Origin: a virus
Taxonomy: Duplodnaviria; Caudoviricetes
Reading direction: 5' to 3' (one strand)
Length of the DNA: 64,000 bases
Virus record (IMG/VR): IMGVR_UViG_3300003962_000002
Span: 1-64,000 of that record
The notes under the pieces are model-generated. The model saw only the letters and a program-made list of their open reading frames with translations, did no database searches and was not told the origin of the DNA. A program made the position numbers and the translations under genes. Positions 34,500 through 44,547 of the stretch are shown piece after piece. Within the stretch, counting starts at the first letter, position 1. Each line of letters starts with the position of its first letter.

Positions 34500-34984
34500 T
34501 AGTAACTCTCTTCTGTGACTTTTATAATATTGATCCAAGAAGCCGAGGCTCCACCTTCCCATCCCCAGTTTCCTGAGATAATTTTCATATGTGCAAAGAT
34601 TTCTATGTAATCAGTGGTTCCATTGAAGTCCACAATTGCGCTCCCGCCTGCCGACATACGATCAAATTGTGCAGTGGTAGTGTGATTAGTATAATTAAAT
34701 GTTTGATAGCTAGTTCCATTTTTTTTTAATACGGCATAAGAGCCAGCTGCGTTGTTTGACGATTCGGAGAATAGATTTAAATTGAAAGTTATTAGATATT
34801 TACCTTTAACTAAGGGTAAATATCTATAATTTGTCGTACTATCAAAATATCCACCAATATCCCATCTTTCGGTATTAAAGGAGATTTTATATTCGGTATT
34901 GGCTGTTTTGCCGATCTCGTCGGCAGAAACATATGCCGCTGCCGTCACCATCTGCCCTATATTTTTTACTAATGCTCTTGCCAT
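34499..34984 (-). CDS. stand-alone C1q/TNF-like domain protein
   Basis: Paralogous to the C-terminus of 32327-33646 (GKYLI, KNG, NHTTT, DRM, VDFNG..DY.E). Confidence 0.7.
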   Translation of the reverse strand: MARALVKNIGQMVTAAAYVSADEIGKTANTEYKISFNTERWDIGGYFDSTTNYRYLPLVKGKYLITFNLNLFSESSNNAAGSYAVLKKNGTSYQTFNYTNHTTTAQFDRMSAGGSAIVDFNGTTDYIEIFAHMKIISGNWGWEGGASASWINIIKVTEESY

Positions 34985-34993
34985 AATTCCCTC

Positions 34994-37300
34994 TTATACA
35001 CTATAGACGACGATATTATCTGAATCATCTATGCAAATTTCTCTCAACGTTCCGTCAGGTCTTCTAAGGAAAATTCCTCTACCTGCAATGCTTCTATCAA
35101 TACTAGGATCAGTTGACCCTAAATGTGAGGCAGCTAACAGTGCAGAATTACTGTCACTATTGTCGAAACTGCTTCCCTCATTCTGCGTCGCAATCAAAGT
35201 TACAGTAGTTTCAATCCCACCATTATAGAAGGTATTCGCAGGGAATACTATCTTACTGCCCTGAAGGCTAAACGCACCATACTTAAATACCAGTCCAGAT
35301 TCTACATGATAAACACTAAGAAGATCAGGATCTGCTACATAGTTAAGCTGGAACTCATTATCATTGTCAGCAACGGCCATAAACCTAAATTGCTGAGTCC
35401 TCTTAACTCCACCACTTACACCAAACACTTCTTGGTCATACAGTACGGTGAAAGCGTCTAGATATTTATCAGAGGTAGAACTTGTAATTTTAAGGCGGAG
35501 GTCAAGTTCACGACCGTAAACCGAGAAATATTGAGTAGTTCCCCCATCTGATAACCAGGTAAGATTGTAATTAAGTTCGTCAGCCTCATATACAGAGTCG
35601 CCTTCAAAATATAAACTGATAACTTCATTTGCCTCCACAAAGAATCCAATATCAAGATCGTAGCTATTCGCAGGAGTGACATTCTGATCTATTAAGTCAG
35701 CAAGAGCTATCCAATCAGAAACAGCTAGGGTTTCTCCGCCCGCATTCTTCGCAACCATACGAACTTTACCCGCATAACTAGACGGAGGAGTTAACTCATA
35801 CGCTCCAATCCGTGGAGAAATTCTCTTAATTTTTGCAGGTTTTGTTAATGTAAATGTACTATAAAGTTGTGGAAGACTAGTAAATGCGGTTGTGCCCGTA
35901 CCGGCTTCAGAATATACAGAAGTAAAATCTTCTGCCGCCAAAACAATAGAATATCTCAGTCTAGATGTAGGACTTGAGTTGGCCCATGTTCCTGCGCCAG
36001 ATCTGTTAGCAACCTCAGTTGATCCTCCAGAAGCAGTGGAGTCAATTGCTATATAGTTGCTAATATTGCTTCCAGATTCATAAGCGAGATCTTTTTCGAT
36101 TACTAGATAATATTCACCAGTCAAATAGTCATTGAACAATCCGTCAAAACTAATAGGATAGTATGTAAAAGTTCCTGTGAGGCTCGCTATTGACTGCCAC
36201 TCTGTTGCGTAAATTCTTGTATCTGGAAGTAAACCACTCCTATTCCAAATCGAATATCGCCAGTTTCCCGTTGGGGTTCCGGTTTTATTGATATAAAGTC
36301 CAGCCGTTAATATTCTCTGGCTAGATAGGGTTATTTTTTGACCGTACATAACATTAGAGGACGTTGCTCCGTATGCTTGTGATACTGTGGCTCCGCCAGT
36401 TAACTGTTGTATAGTGGCTTGATCTTCCTCTTCCCTCTCCCACTTATAATCGCCAACATAGAGTTCGGTGTTGCCAACTCTATCCATTGTTACTGGAAGG
36501 AAATGCAATCCGCCATTTCGAGAAATTTCATAAGTAGCGGCAGTATCAATTCCAGTAGATTTCCAATGAGCAAGAATTCTTGTATCCCAGATATCTTTAC
36601 CTTGGTCATAGAATTCTGCAGAATCGATTAGGTCAGTAGACAACAGTTCATCTGCACTATTGGTAAATTTATAGGCTTTATTGGCTGCGTCATAAGCAAC
36701 GTCGCCAGCGCCATCAACTAGAACGTCTTTGTCTGTTTTAGCGATAGACGGAGTCATCAAGTTATAAGGACTATTAACTAGGTGATTTTTTAGTGTTTCT
36801 AAAATGCCAGTGGTATCTCCAGTACCGCTCCCAGTACCTCCACAAACTCTCCATCTAGAAGCTTGTACATCATAAACAAGACATATAGCGGCATTATTTT
36901 CTAGATCTATTGGGGCGGCGGTGCCAGTAAGAATTCTATTACTTGCCGTTACCACCGTATCTTCGTCGTTTATTTGTACGGTATTTCCAGTAGCATTAAC
37001 TACAATTAAAAAACTATAATTAGTTTGTGCAGCGATGCCGCCAACACTAACTAAAGAAGCGTTTGTAAATTTTAAAAGGTGTTCTTTTAGGGGAGTGGAG
37101 TTAGCATTTGCTCCTGTAGAGGATGCGTCTATTTTGGCAGGGAGAGTATAGTCTAAGTTTACCCACAGTCCATTTTGGTATGCTCTTAGGCATCCTAAAG
37201 CGGAGTCGTAGTAGGTATCTCCATCCACTGGGCTTAGCGGGGCGGTTGTTTGTCCGGTGTAAGTAACACCGTTATTAATTTTCCAAAAATTATTAGCCAT
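34994..37300 (-). CDS. large tail fibre / baseplate-attached structural protein
   Basis: 768 aa, G/T/S/D-rich; PVDGDTYYDS..LRAYQNGLW head; lies in the fibre cluster. Confidence 0.7.
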   Translation of the reverse strand: MANNFWKINNGVTYTGQTTAPLSPVDGDTYYDSALGCLRAYQNGLWVNLDYTLPAKIDASSTGANANSTPLKEHLLKFTNASLVSVGGIAAQTNYSFLIVVNATGNTVQINDEDTVVTASNRILTGTAAPIDLENNAAICLVYDVQASRWRVCGGTGSGTGDTTGILETLKNHLVNSPYNLMTPSIAKTDKDVLVDGAGDVAYDAANKAYKFTNSADELLSTDLIDSAEFYDQGKDIWDTRILAHWKSTGIDTAATYEISRNGGLHFLPVTMDRVGNTELYVGDYKWEREEEDQATIQQLTGGATVSQAYGATSSNVMYGQKITLSSQRILTAGLYINKTGTPTGNWRYSIWNRSGLLPDTRIYATEWQSIASLTGTFTYYPISFDGLFNDYLTGEYYLVIEKDLAYESGSNISNYIAIDSTASGGSTEVANRSGAGTWANSSPTSRLRYSIVLAAEDFTSVYSEAGTGTTAFTSLPQLYSTFTLTKPAKIKRISPRIGAYELTPPSSYAGKVRMVAKNAGGETLAVSDWIALADLIDQNVTPANSYDLDIGFFVEANEVISLYFEGDSVYEADELNYNLTWLSDGGTTQYFSVYGRELDLRLKITSSTSDKYLDAFTVLYDQEVFGVSGGVKRTQQFRFMAVADNDNEFQLNYVADPDLLSVYHVESGLVFKYGAFSLQGSKIVFPANTFYNGGIETTVTLIATQNEGSSFDNSDSNSALLAASHLGSTDPSIDRSIAGRGIFLRRPDGTLREICIDDSDNIVVYSV

Positions 37301-37380
37301 ACGTCTTAACTTCCACTTTCCATTAAGAGTTTAGGTGTTGGGGAGGTTTAACTCCTCAGTAAGAGATGAGTCTCTCTATA

Positions 37381-38817
37381 TTAAGCTTTTATCTTCTTAG
37401 CTACAGCACGCATTACTTTGTTGTTTGCGGTGGTAGTATAACGAACTTCAGTAGTAGCTCCGTTGATGTTCAGGTTCCAAGTAACACCGACGTCGGCGGA
37501 TTCAGTGCAATTGTCTACGATAGAGGTATTAGTTCCGTCAGAGGTAATCATCAACACGCCAACTCTTAAACGGTTCGTAGTAGCTTCTTTGATTTTGTAT
37601 TCTACGATAAGCCCTTCGTAGGCGGCGTGAGCAAAACTCAAACTAGATTCTACTGCGTTAGTAGAGGAGGCGGTGAGGGTTAGGGCGTGGAAATATTGGT
37701 CTACGTAGAAATCGGCTGCACTAGAACCAAAACGAATTCCGGTATCATCGTGTAGGGTCTTGCCGTTGATGTCCAAGTGGCCAGGAAGAGCGTCATCAGT
37801 GATGCCGTAGCCTGCAAGAGTGGTAGGGGTCCCAGTAACGCCTGACCAAGCAACAGAAGAAGCGGTACCAGCGGTATATATCTCATAACCAGCAGCACTG
37901 TCCAAATTGGCATCATCTTTTACAAAATACATCGCACCAGTATCAGTTTGTTTTACTGTATCGCCATTTTGTACTGTGGCGGTGGTAAGAGCAAAACGAG
38001 CGGCTTGGTCAGCTACGATAACAAGGCGTTCAAGGGCGGCAGGAGGAATTTGGCCGATGGGGATCAAACTATTAGCATCAAGAGAGGCTACGCCGTTCGC
38101 AGCACCTAATTGAGAGTCATCAAGTTTATTATCGAGAGCAGTCTGAAGGCCCGTAACATCAGAAATAGCGTGACTGTGAGATACGGCAGCTTTACCGGCA
38201 AGAGCATCAAATACAGCATCATGAGTGGGAGCTTTTGTTACGGCATCTGTAATAGCTCCAGACTGAACAGCAGCCGCAAGAGCCGCAGAATCAAAGTCTG
38301 TAACGTCAGCTGCAACATGGGTGTGGCTAGAGTCCGCTTTAGTCTCTACTTCTGTTTCCAAAGCTTGTAAAGCAGCCTTAACAGTAGAACTATCAGGAAT
38401 TGTAGCGCCAGTAAACGTACCGAGATTCGCAGAGTTCTCAGCTACACCAGAAAGAGAAATAAGATCATCTACGTTTGCGTCGATCTCAGTAACTACAGAA
38501 GAGTCAGCTTTGTTAGCGATATCACCTAAGTCTACGTTGGCATCAGGCATCGTAATAGTACGAGAAGTGCCTGTGGCAATACCAGAAGCTTGAAATACAA
38601 TCTTCTTAGTACCATCGACGTTGTCGACAATTTCAAATTCCGCATCAGAGAAAGAAGGACTACCACCAAGATCGGTAGTAGAACCGTTCTCATAACGTTT
38701 AAAAACATTACTAGTGGAGTTGTACCAAATAAGACCATTCTCAGGACTTACTGGATCGGAGGTCAGTACTGGGATACGCAAACCACCAGCAGCATTAATT
38801 TTATGAATATTGGCCAT
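37381..38817 (-). CDS. tail fibre protein
   Basis: DPVSPENGLIWYN; fibre repeats SHTHVAADVT and SHSHAISDVTGLQTALD; GAANGVASLD. Confidence 0.8.
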   Translation of the reverse strand: MANIHKINAAGGLRIPVLTSDPVSPENGLIWYNSTSNVFKRYENGSTTDLGGSPSFSDAEFEIVDNVDGTKKIVFQASGIATGTSRTITMPDANVDLGDIANKADSSVVTEIDANVDDLISLSGVAENSANLGTFTGATIPDSSTVKAALQALETEVETKADSSHTHVAADVTDFDSAALAAAVQSGAITDAVTKAPTHDAVFDALAGKAAVSHSHAISDVTGLQTALDNKLDDSQLGAANGVASLDANSLIPIGQIPPAALERLVIVADQAARFALTTATVQNGDTVKQTDTGAMYFVKDDANLDSAAGYEIYTAGTASSVAWSGVTGTPTTLAGYGITDDALPGHLDINGKTLHDDTGIRFGSSAADFYVDQYFHALTLTASSTNAVESSLSFAHAAYEGLIVEYKIKEATTNRLRVGVLMITSDGTNTSIVDNCTESADVGVTWNLNINGATTEVRYTTTANNKVMRAVAKKIKA

Positions 38818-38835
38818 CTATATTCTCCTTAGAGG

Positions 38836-41800
38836 TTATGCCCACCGTTTAACGGCATATTTAAAATTGGAGTTAAAACCTGTAGCGGTAGTAGAATATA
38901 ACACTCTCATAGTCGCTCCAGAAATGTCTGCGCTAAATGTTACCCCTAAAGAAAGAACCGTACCTAAAGAACTATCACTAAGACTAGCTATAACGCCATT
39001 ATTCGTTACAAATAACGTCCCTACTTGAGTATCTCCGTCTCTTTGTAAGGAGTAGTCCACCATCATCCATTTATAAGCTACCGGAACCGTAATTACGGCT
39101 ACTGGAGAAGCTTGATTGTCTAACAACGTGTCTGATTGTTGAGCATAGATCTTATAACCATTTAGATTTATTGCTTTTTCAGCAGAATCCCATTTAAAAT
39201 AAGGATCGGCATCTAAATCGCCACTAGAACCTTTATATTGAACATCTCCAGTAACACCTGCGGCGGGAACAGAAGATACGTAGGCGGAATAATTGGGAAT
39301 TCCTCCAGGTCCGCCTGCTGAATCTGACCATCTCTGGGTATAGAATTTGAAAGAAGCGTCATTACCTGTATTAGTAATAGTATACCTTAAGTAAAGTAAT
39401 CCAGCGGAAATAATTCCGTTAAAAGTTACTCCAGAGGCTCCTAAATAAGCATTTGCCGTAACTACGCTAACGTTTGTGCCGTCGTGCGTTATATAGATCT
39501 GTCCAGCTTCTTTTATTCCTGCTCTATTTAAAGAATAATTAACTATCCAGTTTTCGCTAGCTGCCGCATTTACAGAGAATACGGTTCCGTTTACGGTATT
39601 GTTTACTAGGGTGGTCGTTTTTAAAGAGCTAAGTTCCCAATAGTCGGTTCCATTAGGACCGTCAAAAAATCTAGTTACGTCATTAATCGTACAGCTTCCA
39701 AAAGCATCTACATATACTACTTGGTTAGCAAAGGTATCCCCAGACTTAACTCTAACCACATCTCCTGGAAATGGAGTCTCGGAGGAGTTTTCAAATAACT
39801 TTTGAACTACCCAAACCACAGACGTAAGGACGTTAGTAGCTTTGTAAATTCTGTTGTTACCTGAGCTAAGGTTGGTAAAGAATACTAATTGATTCTCTGT
39901 TATTGTTTGGTTATCGATGGTCGGGGATGCGCCGGTTGGCAAGGTCGTTGAAACTGGATCATAAAAATCTACCTTAACAAAACCAGATCCCGAGCCAGAG
40001 CCACTGCCTGCTTGAGAGAATCTGAGAATGTTATGTATTTTTAGCGTTCCTGCATCATTGTAGATTTGCACAGCGCCAATCTTACGAGCGCCTATTACTA
40101 GGGGTAGTGGTGCAGATCCAGCAGAGATGGCAGCAGAAGCAGCAGGAGTTACTTCCAACAATATCGTCATTTTATTGTCGGGAGTTGTGGTGTTGGAAAA
40201 GGCTCCAATACCATACCAGAAGTATTGTCCTGCTGGGATGGAGAACGGAGTAAAGTTGTTTCCTAAAACAGTTACTTCATCATCTTCGTATATAGTACCT
40301 GAAGCAAAATCAATTACGGCTCCAGTAAAATCTACAACATAAGAACTTAGTTCAGAAGCTTGAACAGCAGCATCTAACAGATTCTTGTCAGATCCTAAAA
40401 CCAACGCCCTATCAGTTAGCGAACTGTGTTTTTCTATTTTAAATTGACTTAGGCGCAAATCTAAGTCTTCGACGAACTGATCTAACTCCCCAGCAGCTTC
40501 AGTGAGACTATCCCCGTCATTAATTACAAAATTAGAAGAGTAGTTAGGAAAGTCATCAAGTTCGCTAGGAGTTCCGATATAATCCAACAGTTGTTGGGGA
40601 ATAGAAGAAGATGAGGAAGAAGATTCGCCAGAAGATAGATTACCCACCCCTTCGATTTGGACGGTTCCTGCTTTACAAACAGCAAGAACAAACATATCCA
40701 ATTCAACAGGTAGAGTACCTTCGGCGTAAGTATCTAAGAAAATCTCTGCCGATCCCATAGAAGGTAAGGCAGGAGATACCACTAATATTTTATTAACGTC
40801 GTCAATAGCGATAATGGCAGAAGAGTCTTGTCCTACGAGAATAGTATTACCTATTTTAACTTTGGACAAATCTGCACTAGCCGACAAACTAACAGAAGTA
40901 CCAGTAGAAGTTGTAGTAACGGCTACGGAGCCTTTTTGAATAGCTCCGCCATTAAACAGATCCATTTCAAAGGCTAAAGATCCACCGTCTTGTAATACCG
41001 CATCTCCGGCAGCGACAGTTTGCGCTACGCCGTGAGGATTCACAACATTGAAACTACTATCCCATACCATCTCACCAGTTGTACCAGCGAGACCTCCAGT
41101 AAGAGTAGCTCCTGACAAAGTAAAGTTATCAGTAGCTCCGTCAACCTCAGCTAAGGTAATAGAGTTTCCTGCAACTCCACCAACAACAGCAGTGATGGTA
41201 ATGGTGCTGCCTACGGCTAAAGCCGTGACTACGTTCTCGATTAACGGATCAGTACTATTATTGATTGCTGTGGCAATTGCTGCTGCCGTAAGAGCAGTGC
41301 TACCTCCAGCTAACCAATCAACATTGTATATAAAAGACTTACCATTAATTACAACAGCGTCGCTGAGGTCAAACGAGTTATTAATTACTGTTATTGATCC
41401 AGAAGCTTTTGTTGGAGTTTCAAAAGACACAGATCCAGTGAATACTGTTTTAAGGTTCGACTTCTTAACAATATATTGCTCAAAGTCTACAGCTTCTTTT
41501 ACTTGAGTACGAAGGTCTACTACAGAAGTTTCGTGAACAAAACCGTCAGTAGCATTCCAAGTAACATCTGCTACCCTCCAGAACAACTGTCCTTGAGGAG
41601 TTCCGTTAACGTCGTCAGTAACAAACACGTCTCTCTTAACCAATCGGTAAGGCTGTCCTACAATAATAGTAGGATCTTCTTGGTCTACTTCTTTGTCGAT
41701 ACGAATTACTACTTGATTAGCTACGGTATCGTTGTATATAATGTTTAAGTGATATTCTCTGCCTAAACTATCTATGAATTTACCGTTCGCAAATTCAGAC

Positions 41801-42780
41801 TGTTCAGAAGTGCCTACGGGAATAGGATTACCTACAGGAGATCCAGAATATAGCGGGTTAGCAGATGCGGCATTATTTCTAACAATAATTTCTAAATTGC
41901 GACCATCGATTTGTTCTGAACCAGACAATACAGTACGACTTACTTCAGAACCGTTTCCTAAGTTCTGAGGTATTACTTCTATATAATTAGTTAGGTTGCC
42001 ATCAACCGTAGTATCGTCATAAGGGATAGGTTTGTCATTTATCTTAGAGGTTGGTACTACATTTAGTCTGTAGGTTAGTCGGAGTTTTTGAGCGGTGGAT
42101 TCGGGGATGTTGGCGTTTTTTAAGAAGGGATCGTCTACGTTTGTTATGACTTCTTCTCTAGCGCTGATTACGACGCTATAGCCTGAAGTTGGGGTTACGC
42201 CGCCATCACTAAAGGTTATAATTTTACCTCTAGCATCTGGGTCGTCTTGAGCGGTGATATATGGAGTTCCAAAGCCAGGAACCACTCTAAGTCCCATAGC
42301 CAAGTTAGAACCGGAAACTAAGTGGTCTTTACCTCCACGCATGAGGAACGGAATACCGTCATACCAGCCTTCCCCAGAATTAACTAGGAGGCTGTTGGAG
42401 GTTAAAACTTCAATATCATCACTTATATTAATGCTGGTTGCATCAGTCACAGTAATGGTGCCAGAACCAGTACTAACTACGTCCGTAACCAAACTACCAT
42501 TTTTAAATACTTTGTCCCCAGCTTGTACTAAAGCTAGTAAAGAAGAGTCTACTGTTAGGAGGTTTCCTGCTTTGTTGGTTACTTGCGTTTGAACTCGATA
42601 AAGTTCTACCTTCCACGCAGAATCTATTGCGTGGTCGCCGATAGAAGCTTTAATAAAATTTCTGTGTAGATCTATGAGTTCTAGTTCGAGGTTGGTGCTT
42701 TCCGAAGCAAGCAAGTACCGCCCCTCTACAAACCTAGATCTGATGTATCGTTTTGCACGATGAGTATTAAATTTCAACAT
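38836..42780 (-). CDS. large baseplate wedge / fibre-attachment protein
   Basis: 1314 aa; N-terminal RFVEGRYLLASE (DUF4815-like); internal sheath-like module; two C-terminal beta modules. Confidence 0.7.
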   Translation of the reverse strand: MLKFNTHRAKRYIRSRFVEGRYLLASESTNLELELIDLHRNFIKASIGDHAIDSAWKVELYRVQTQVTNKAGNLLTVDSSLLALVQAGDKVFKNGSLVTDVVSTGSGTITVTDATSINISDDIEVLTSNSLLVNSGEGWYDGIPFLMRGGKDHLVSGSNLAMGLRVVPGFGTPYITAQDDPDARGKIITFSDGGVTPTSGYSVVISAREEVITNVDDPFLKNANIPESTAQKLRLTYRLNVVPTSKINDKPIPYDDTTVDGNLTNYIEVIPQNLGNGSEVSRTVLSGSEQIDGRNLEIIVRNNAASANPLYSGSPVGNPIPVGTSEQSEFANGKFIDSLGREYHLNIIYNDTVANQVVIRIDKEVDQEDPTIIVGQPYRLVKRDVFVTDDVNGTPQGQLFWRVADVTWNATDGFVHETSVVDLRTQVKEAVDFEQYIVKKSNLKTVFTGSVSFETPTKASGSITVINNSFDLSDAVVINGKSFIYNVDWLAGGSTALTAAAIATAINNSTDPLIENVVTALAVGSTITITAVVGGVAGNSITLAEVDGATDNFTLSGATLTGGLAGTTGEMVWDSSFNVVNPHGVAQTVAAGDAVLQDGGSLAFEMDLFNGGAIQKGSVAVTTTSTGTSVSLSASADLSKVKIGNTILVGQDSSAIIAIDDVNKILVVSPALPSMGSAEIFLDTYAEGTLPVELDMFVLAVCKAGTVQIEGVGNLSSGESSSSSSSIPQQLLDYIGTPSELDDFPNYSSNFVINDGDSLTEAAGELDQFVEDLDLRLSQFKIEKHSSLTDRALVLGSDKNLLDAAVQASELSSYVVDFTGAVIDFASGTIYEDDEVTVLGNNFTPFSIPAGQYFWYGIGAFSNTTTPDNKMTILLEVTPAASAAISAGSAPLPLVIGARKIGAVQIYNDAGTLKIHNILRFSQAGSGSGSGSGFVKVDFYDPVSTTLPTGASPTIDNQTITENQLVFFTNLSSGNNRIYKATNVLTSVVWVVQKLFENSSETPFPGDVVRVKSGDTFANQVVYVDAFGSCTINDVTRFFDGPNGTDYWELSSLKTTTLVNNTVNGTVFSVNAAASENWIVNYSLNRAGIKEAGQIYITHDGTNVSVVTANAYLGASGVTFNGIISAGLLYLRYTITNTGNDASFKFYTQRWSDSAGGPGGIPNYSAYVSSVPAAGVTGDVQYKGSSGDLDADPYFKWDSAEKAINLNGYKIYAQQSDTLLDNQASPVAVITVPVAYKWMMVDYSLQRDGDTQVGTLFVTNNGVIASLSDSSLGTVLSLGVTFSADISGATMRVLYSTTATGFNSNFKYAVKRWA

Positions 42781-42792
42781 ATTATTTAAACC

Positions 42793-44547
42793 TTACGTAA
42801 ATTCGTACCCAGGTTTACTACCAAAGGGAATATAAAACGGCATAAGCTTGTTAAGTATTATAAATCTGTTTGTGTTGAGAGGAGATAGTATTGCATAAAA
42901 TCCTCCTGGATTCTTATTATTTATAATACCTCTTACAGTGATACTTGTGGCTGTGTTAGAGACTATTTGAAAAATATCATTGTATTCTTCTTGGTTTGGT
43001 AGCAAAAAATTACCTACCAAGCTATTATTGGCTCCAAAATTTGCGGAGGAGTTTATAACAGTCGTGGTGTCTGCTCCAAATACGAACGATTCGCTAGTTC
43101 CAATGTATAGAGCTACGTTTGGGATGTTTATAACGAACTCTCTAAAAGTGAAGAAGCCTGGAATAACTATACCTGGCAAGCTTCTTGCAAATCTACCGCC
43201 AGGAACTAACAATGGATCGGTTTCTGTAAGCCTTACGTTAGTGGAGCCTAGATTAGCATCAAAAAATCTTAGGGCGGAAACGTTAGGCAATATATCTTGA
43301 ATGGCGGAAGATATATCTGCGGTCCCATCGGTTATATCCCAAGTAGTTATCATTTTTATAAACTGATAAATACCTTCTTTACTTCCTTTTAAATGCCAAC
43401 AACTTATTAGATCTTTAGCAATCCTTCTTAGAGTGTCCGCCCCTATAGAGAATCCTACTGACGGTAATCCAGTTTGTTCTGACAGAGGTAACAAAGCTGT
43501 AGTCAAAACTGTATGAGGATCTTGAAGTTTGTAAGTCTCTACAAGAGCATGAAGTTCATTAAAAAGGAACCCAAAAACGTGCATCAAATCTTCTAGATCT
43601 TCCGTCGTATCTAACGTGCGATATAGCTCTGGCCAATATCCGTACAGAATATCTCCAAAATCTCTATCTTTAGCAGAGATAGCATATCCTTGTGTGGACG
43701 AACCGCTATCTATAGTTGAGAATTCAGCTTGAGCTACGTTAGCTCCAGACTTAAGAGTAAACACGGTATAATAATAAAACTGATTGTCAAGTAAACCACT
43801 TCCACTCCTATTTGAAGCTTCCAAATCAGTTAAAAAAGTATCTATATATGGAGTAGGAATGCTATCATAAAAAGCTTCATAAACTCGCATATTTACGTTA
43901 ATTACTGGAGTAGTATTCTCATAAAAATATATCGTAGTCTCGTCATTACTCTTTATAATAAACTTATTGTTGTTTCCGTCTTCGAATATTAGATTTTTTA
44001 GTTCGTCTTTTTCGTAAGTTTTAACAACTAATTGAGAATTGTCAACAACCACTAGATTTGTAATAAATCCGTTCCCAGCCACAGTTCTTATGTCATACTC
44101 ATAATTCTCTTGAATTCTAGATACTTCTGGAAAGTCTGGTAAAACTACGTACTTTCCGTTCGAAATAGAAGAAGATTCTACAGTAATAGTTGTTGAAGTA
44201 TTGTTAACAATTTTGTGAACTTTGCTAGAAGAATCTCTTAACAATCTACCAGTTAAATTAGAGTTGCTGGGGAAGGTTGCTGCTGTGTCAGTTAAAGTAC
44301 TTCCTAATACCGAAATAGTACCAGTATTCAATCCTACTATAGTTTTTCCTCTAAAGATTTCTATAGGACGAGAGTCCGTAGCTTTTGTTGGAAAAGAACT
44401 ATTGTACAATTCAGAAGGAAAATGAGTAATAGTTTTAGTTACTATTAATTCGTCACTAGTATCGTTAAAATACAGCGGAGCCAACCAATTGAGAGCAATT
44501 TGGTTAGGTTTATCAGTAGAAACTTTAAAGGATCTAGCTAATCCCAT
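42793..44547 (-). CDS. baseplate wedge protein (P2 gpI/T4 gp7-like)
   Basis: YWPELYRTLD...LLPLSEQTG...WHLKGSKEGI; follows the J-like gene. Confidence 0.7.
   Translation of the reverse strand: MGLARSFKVSTDKPNQIALNWLAPLYFNDTSDELIVTKTITHFPSELYNSSFPTKATDSRPIEIFRGKTIVGLNTGTISVLGSTLTDTAATFPSNSNLTGRLLRDSSSKVHKIVNNTSTTITVESSSISNGKYVVLPDFPEVSRIQENYEYDIRTVAGNGFITNLVVVDNSQLVVKTYEKDELKNLIFEDGNNNKFIIKSNDETTIYFYENTTPVINVNMRVYEAFYDSIPTPYIDTFLTDLEASNRSGSGLLDNQFYYYTVFTLKSGANVAQAEFSTIDSGSSTQGYAISAKDRDFGDILYGYWPELYRTLDTTEDLEDLMHVFGFLFNELHALVETYKLQDPHTVLTTALLPLSEQTGLPSVGFSIGADTLRRIAKDLISCWHLKGSKEGIYQFIKMITTWDITDGTADISSAIQDILPNVSALRFFDANLGSTNVRLTETDPLLVPGGRFARSLPGIVIPGFFTFREFVINIPNVALYIGTSESFVFGADTTTVINSSANFGANNSLVGNFLLPNQEEYNDIFQIVSNTATSITVRGIINNKNPGGFYAILSPLNTNRFIILNKLMPFYIPFGSKPGYEFT

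Noticed and set aside
29829-38817. Diversity-generating retroelement or invertible fibre cassette
   Set aside because: No reverse transcriptase or recombinase in the window. The paralogous C1q-like segments are diverged at all bases, with no near-identical template/variable repeat or inverted repeat seen.
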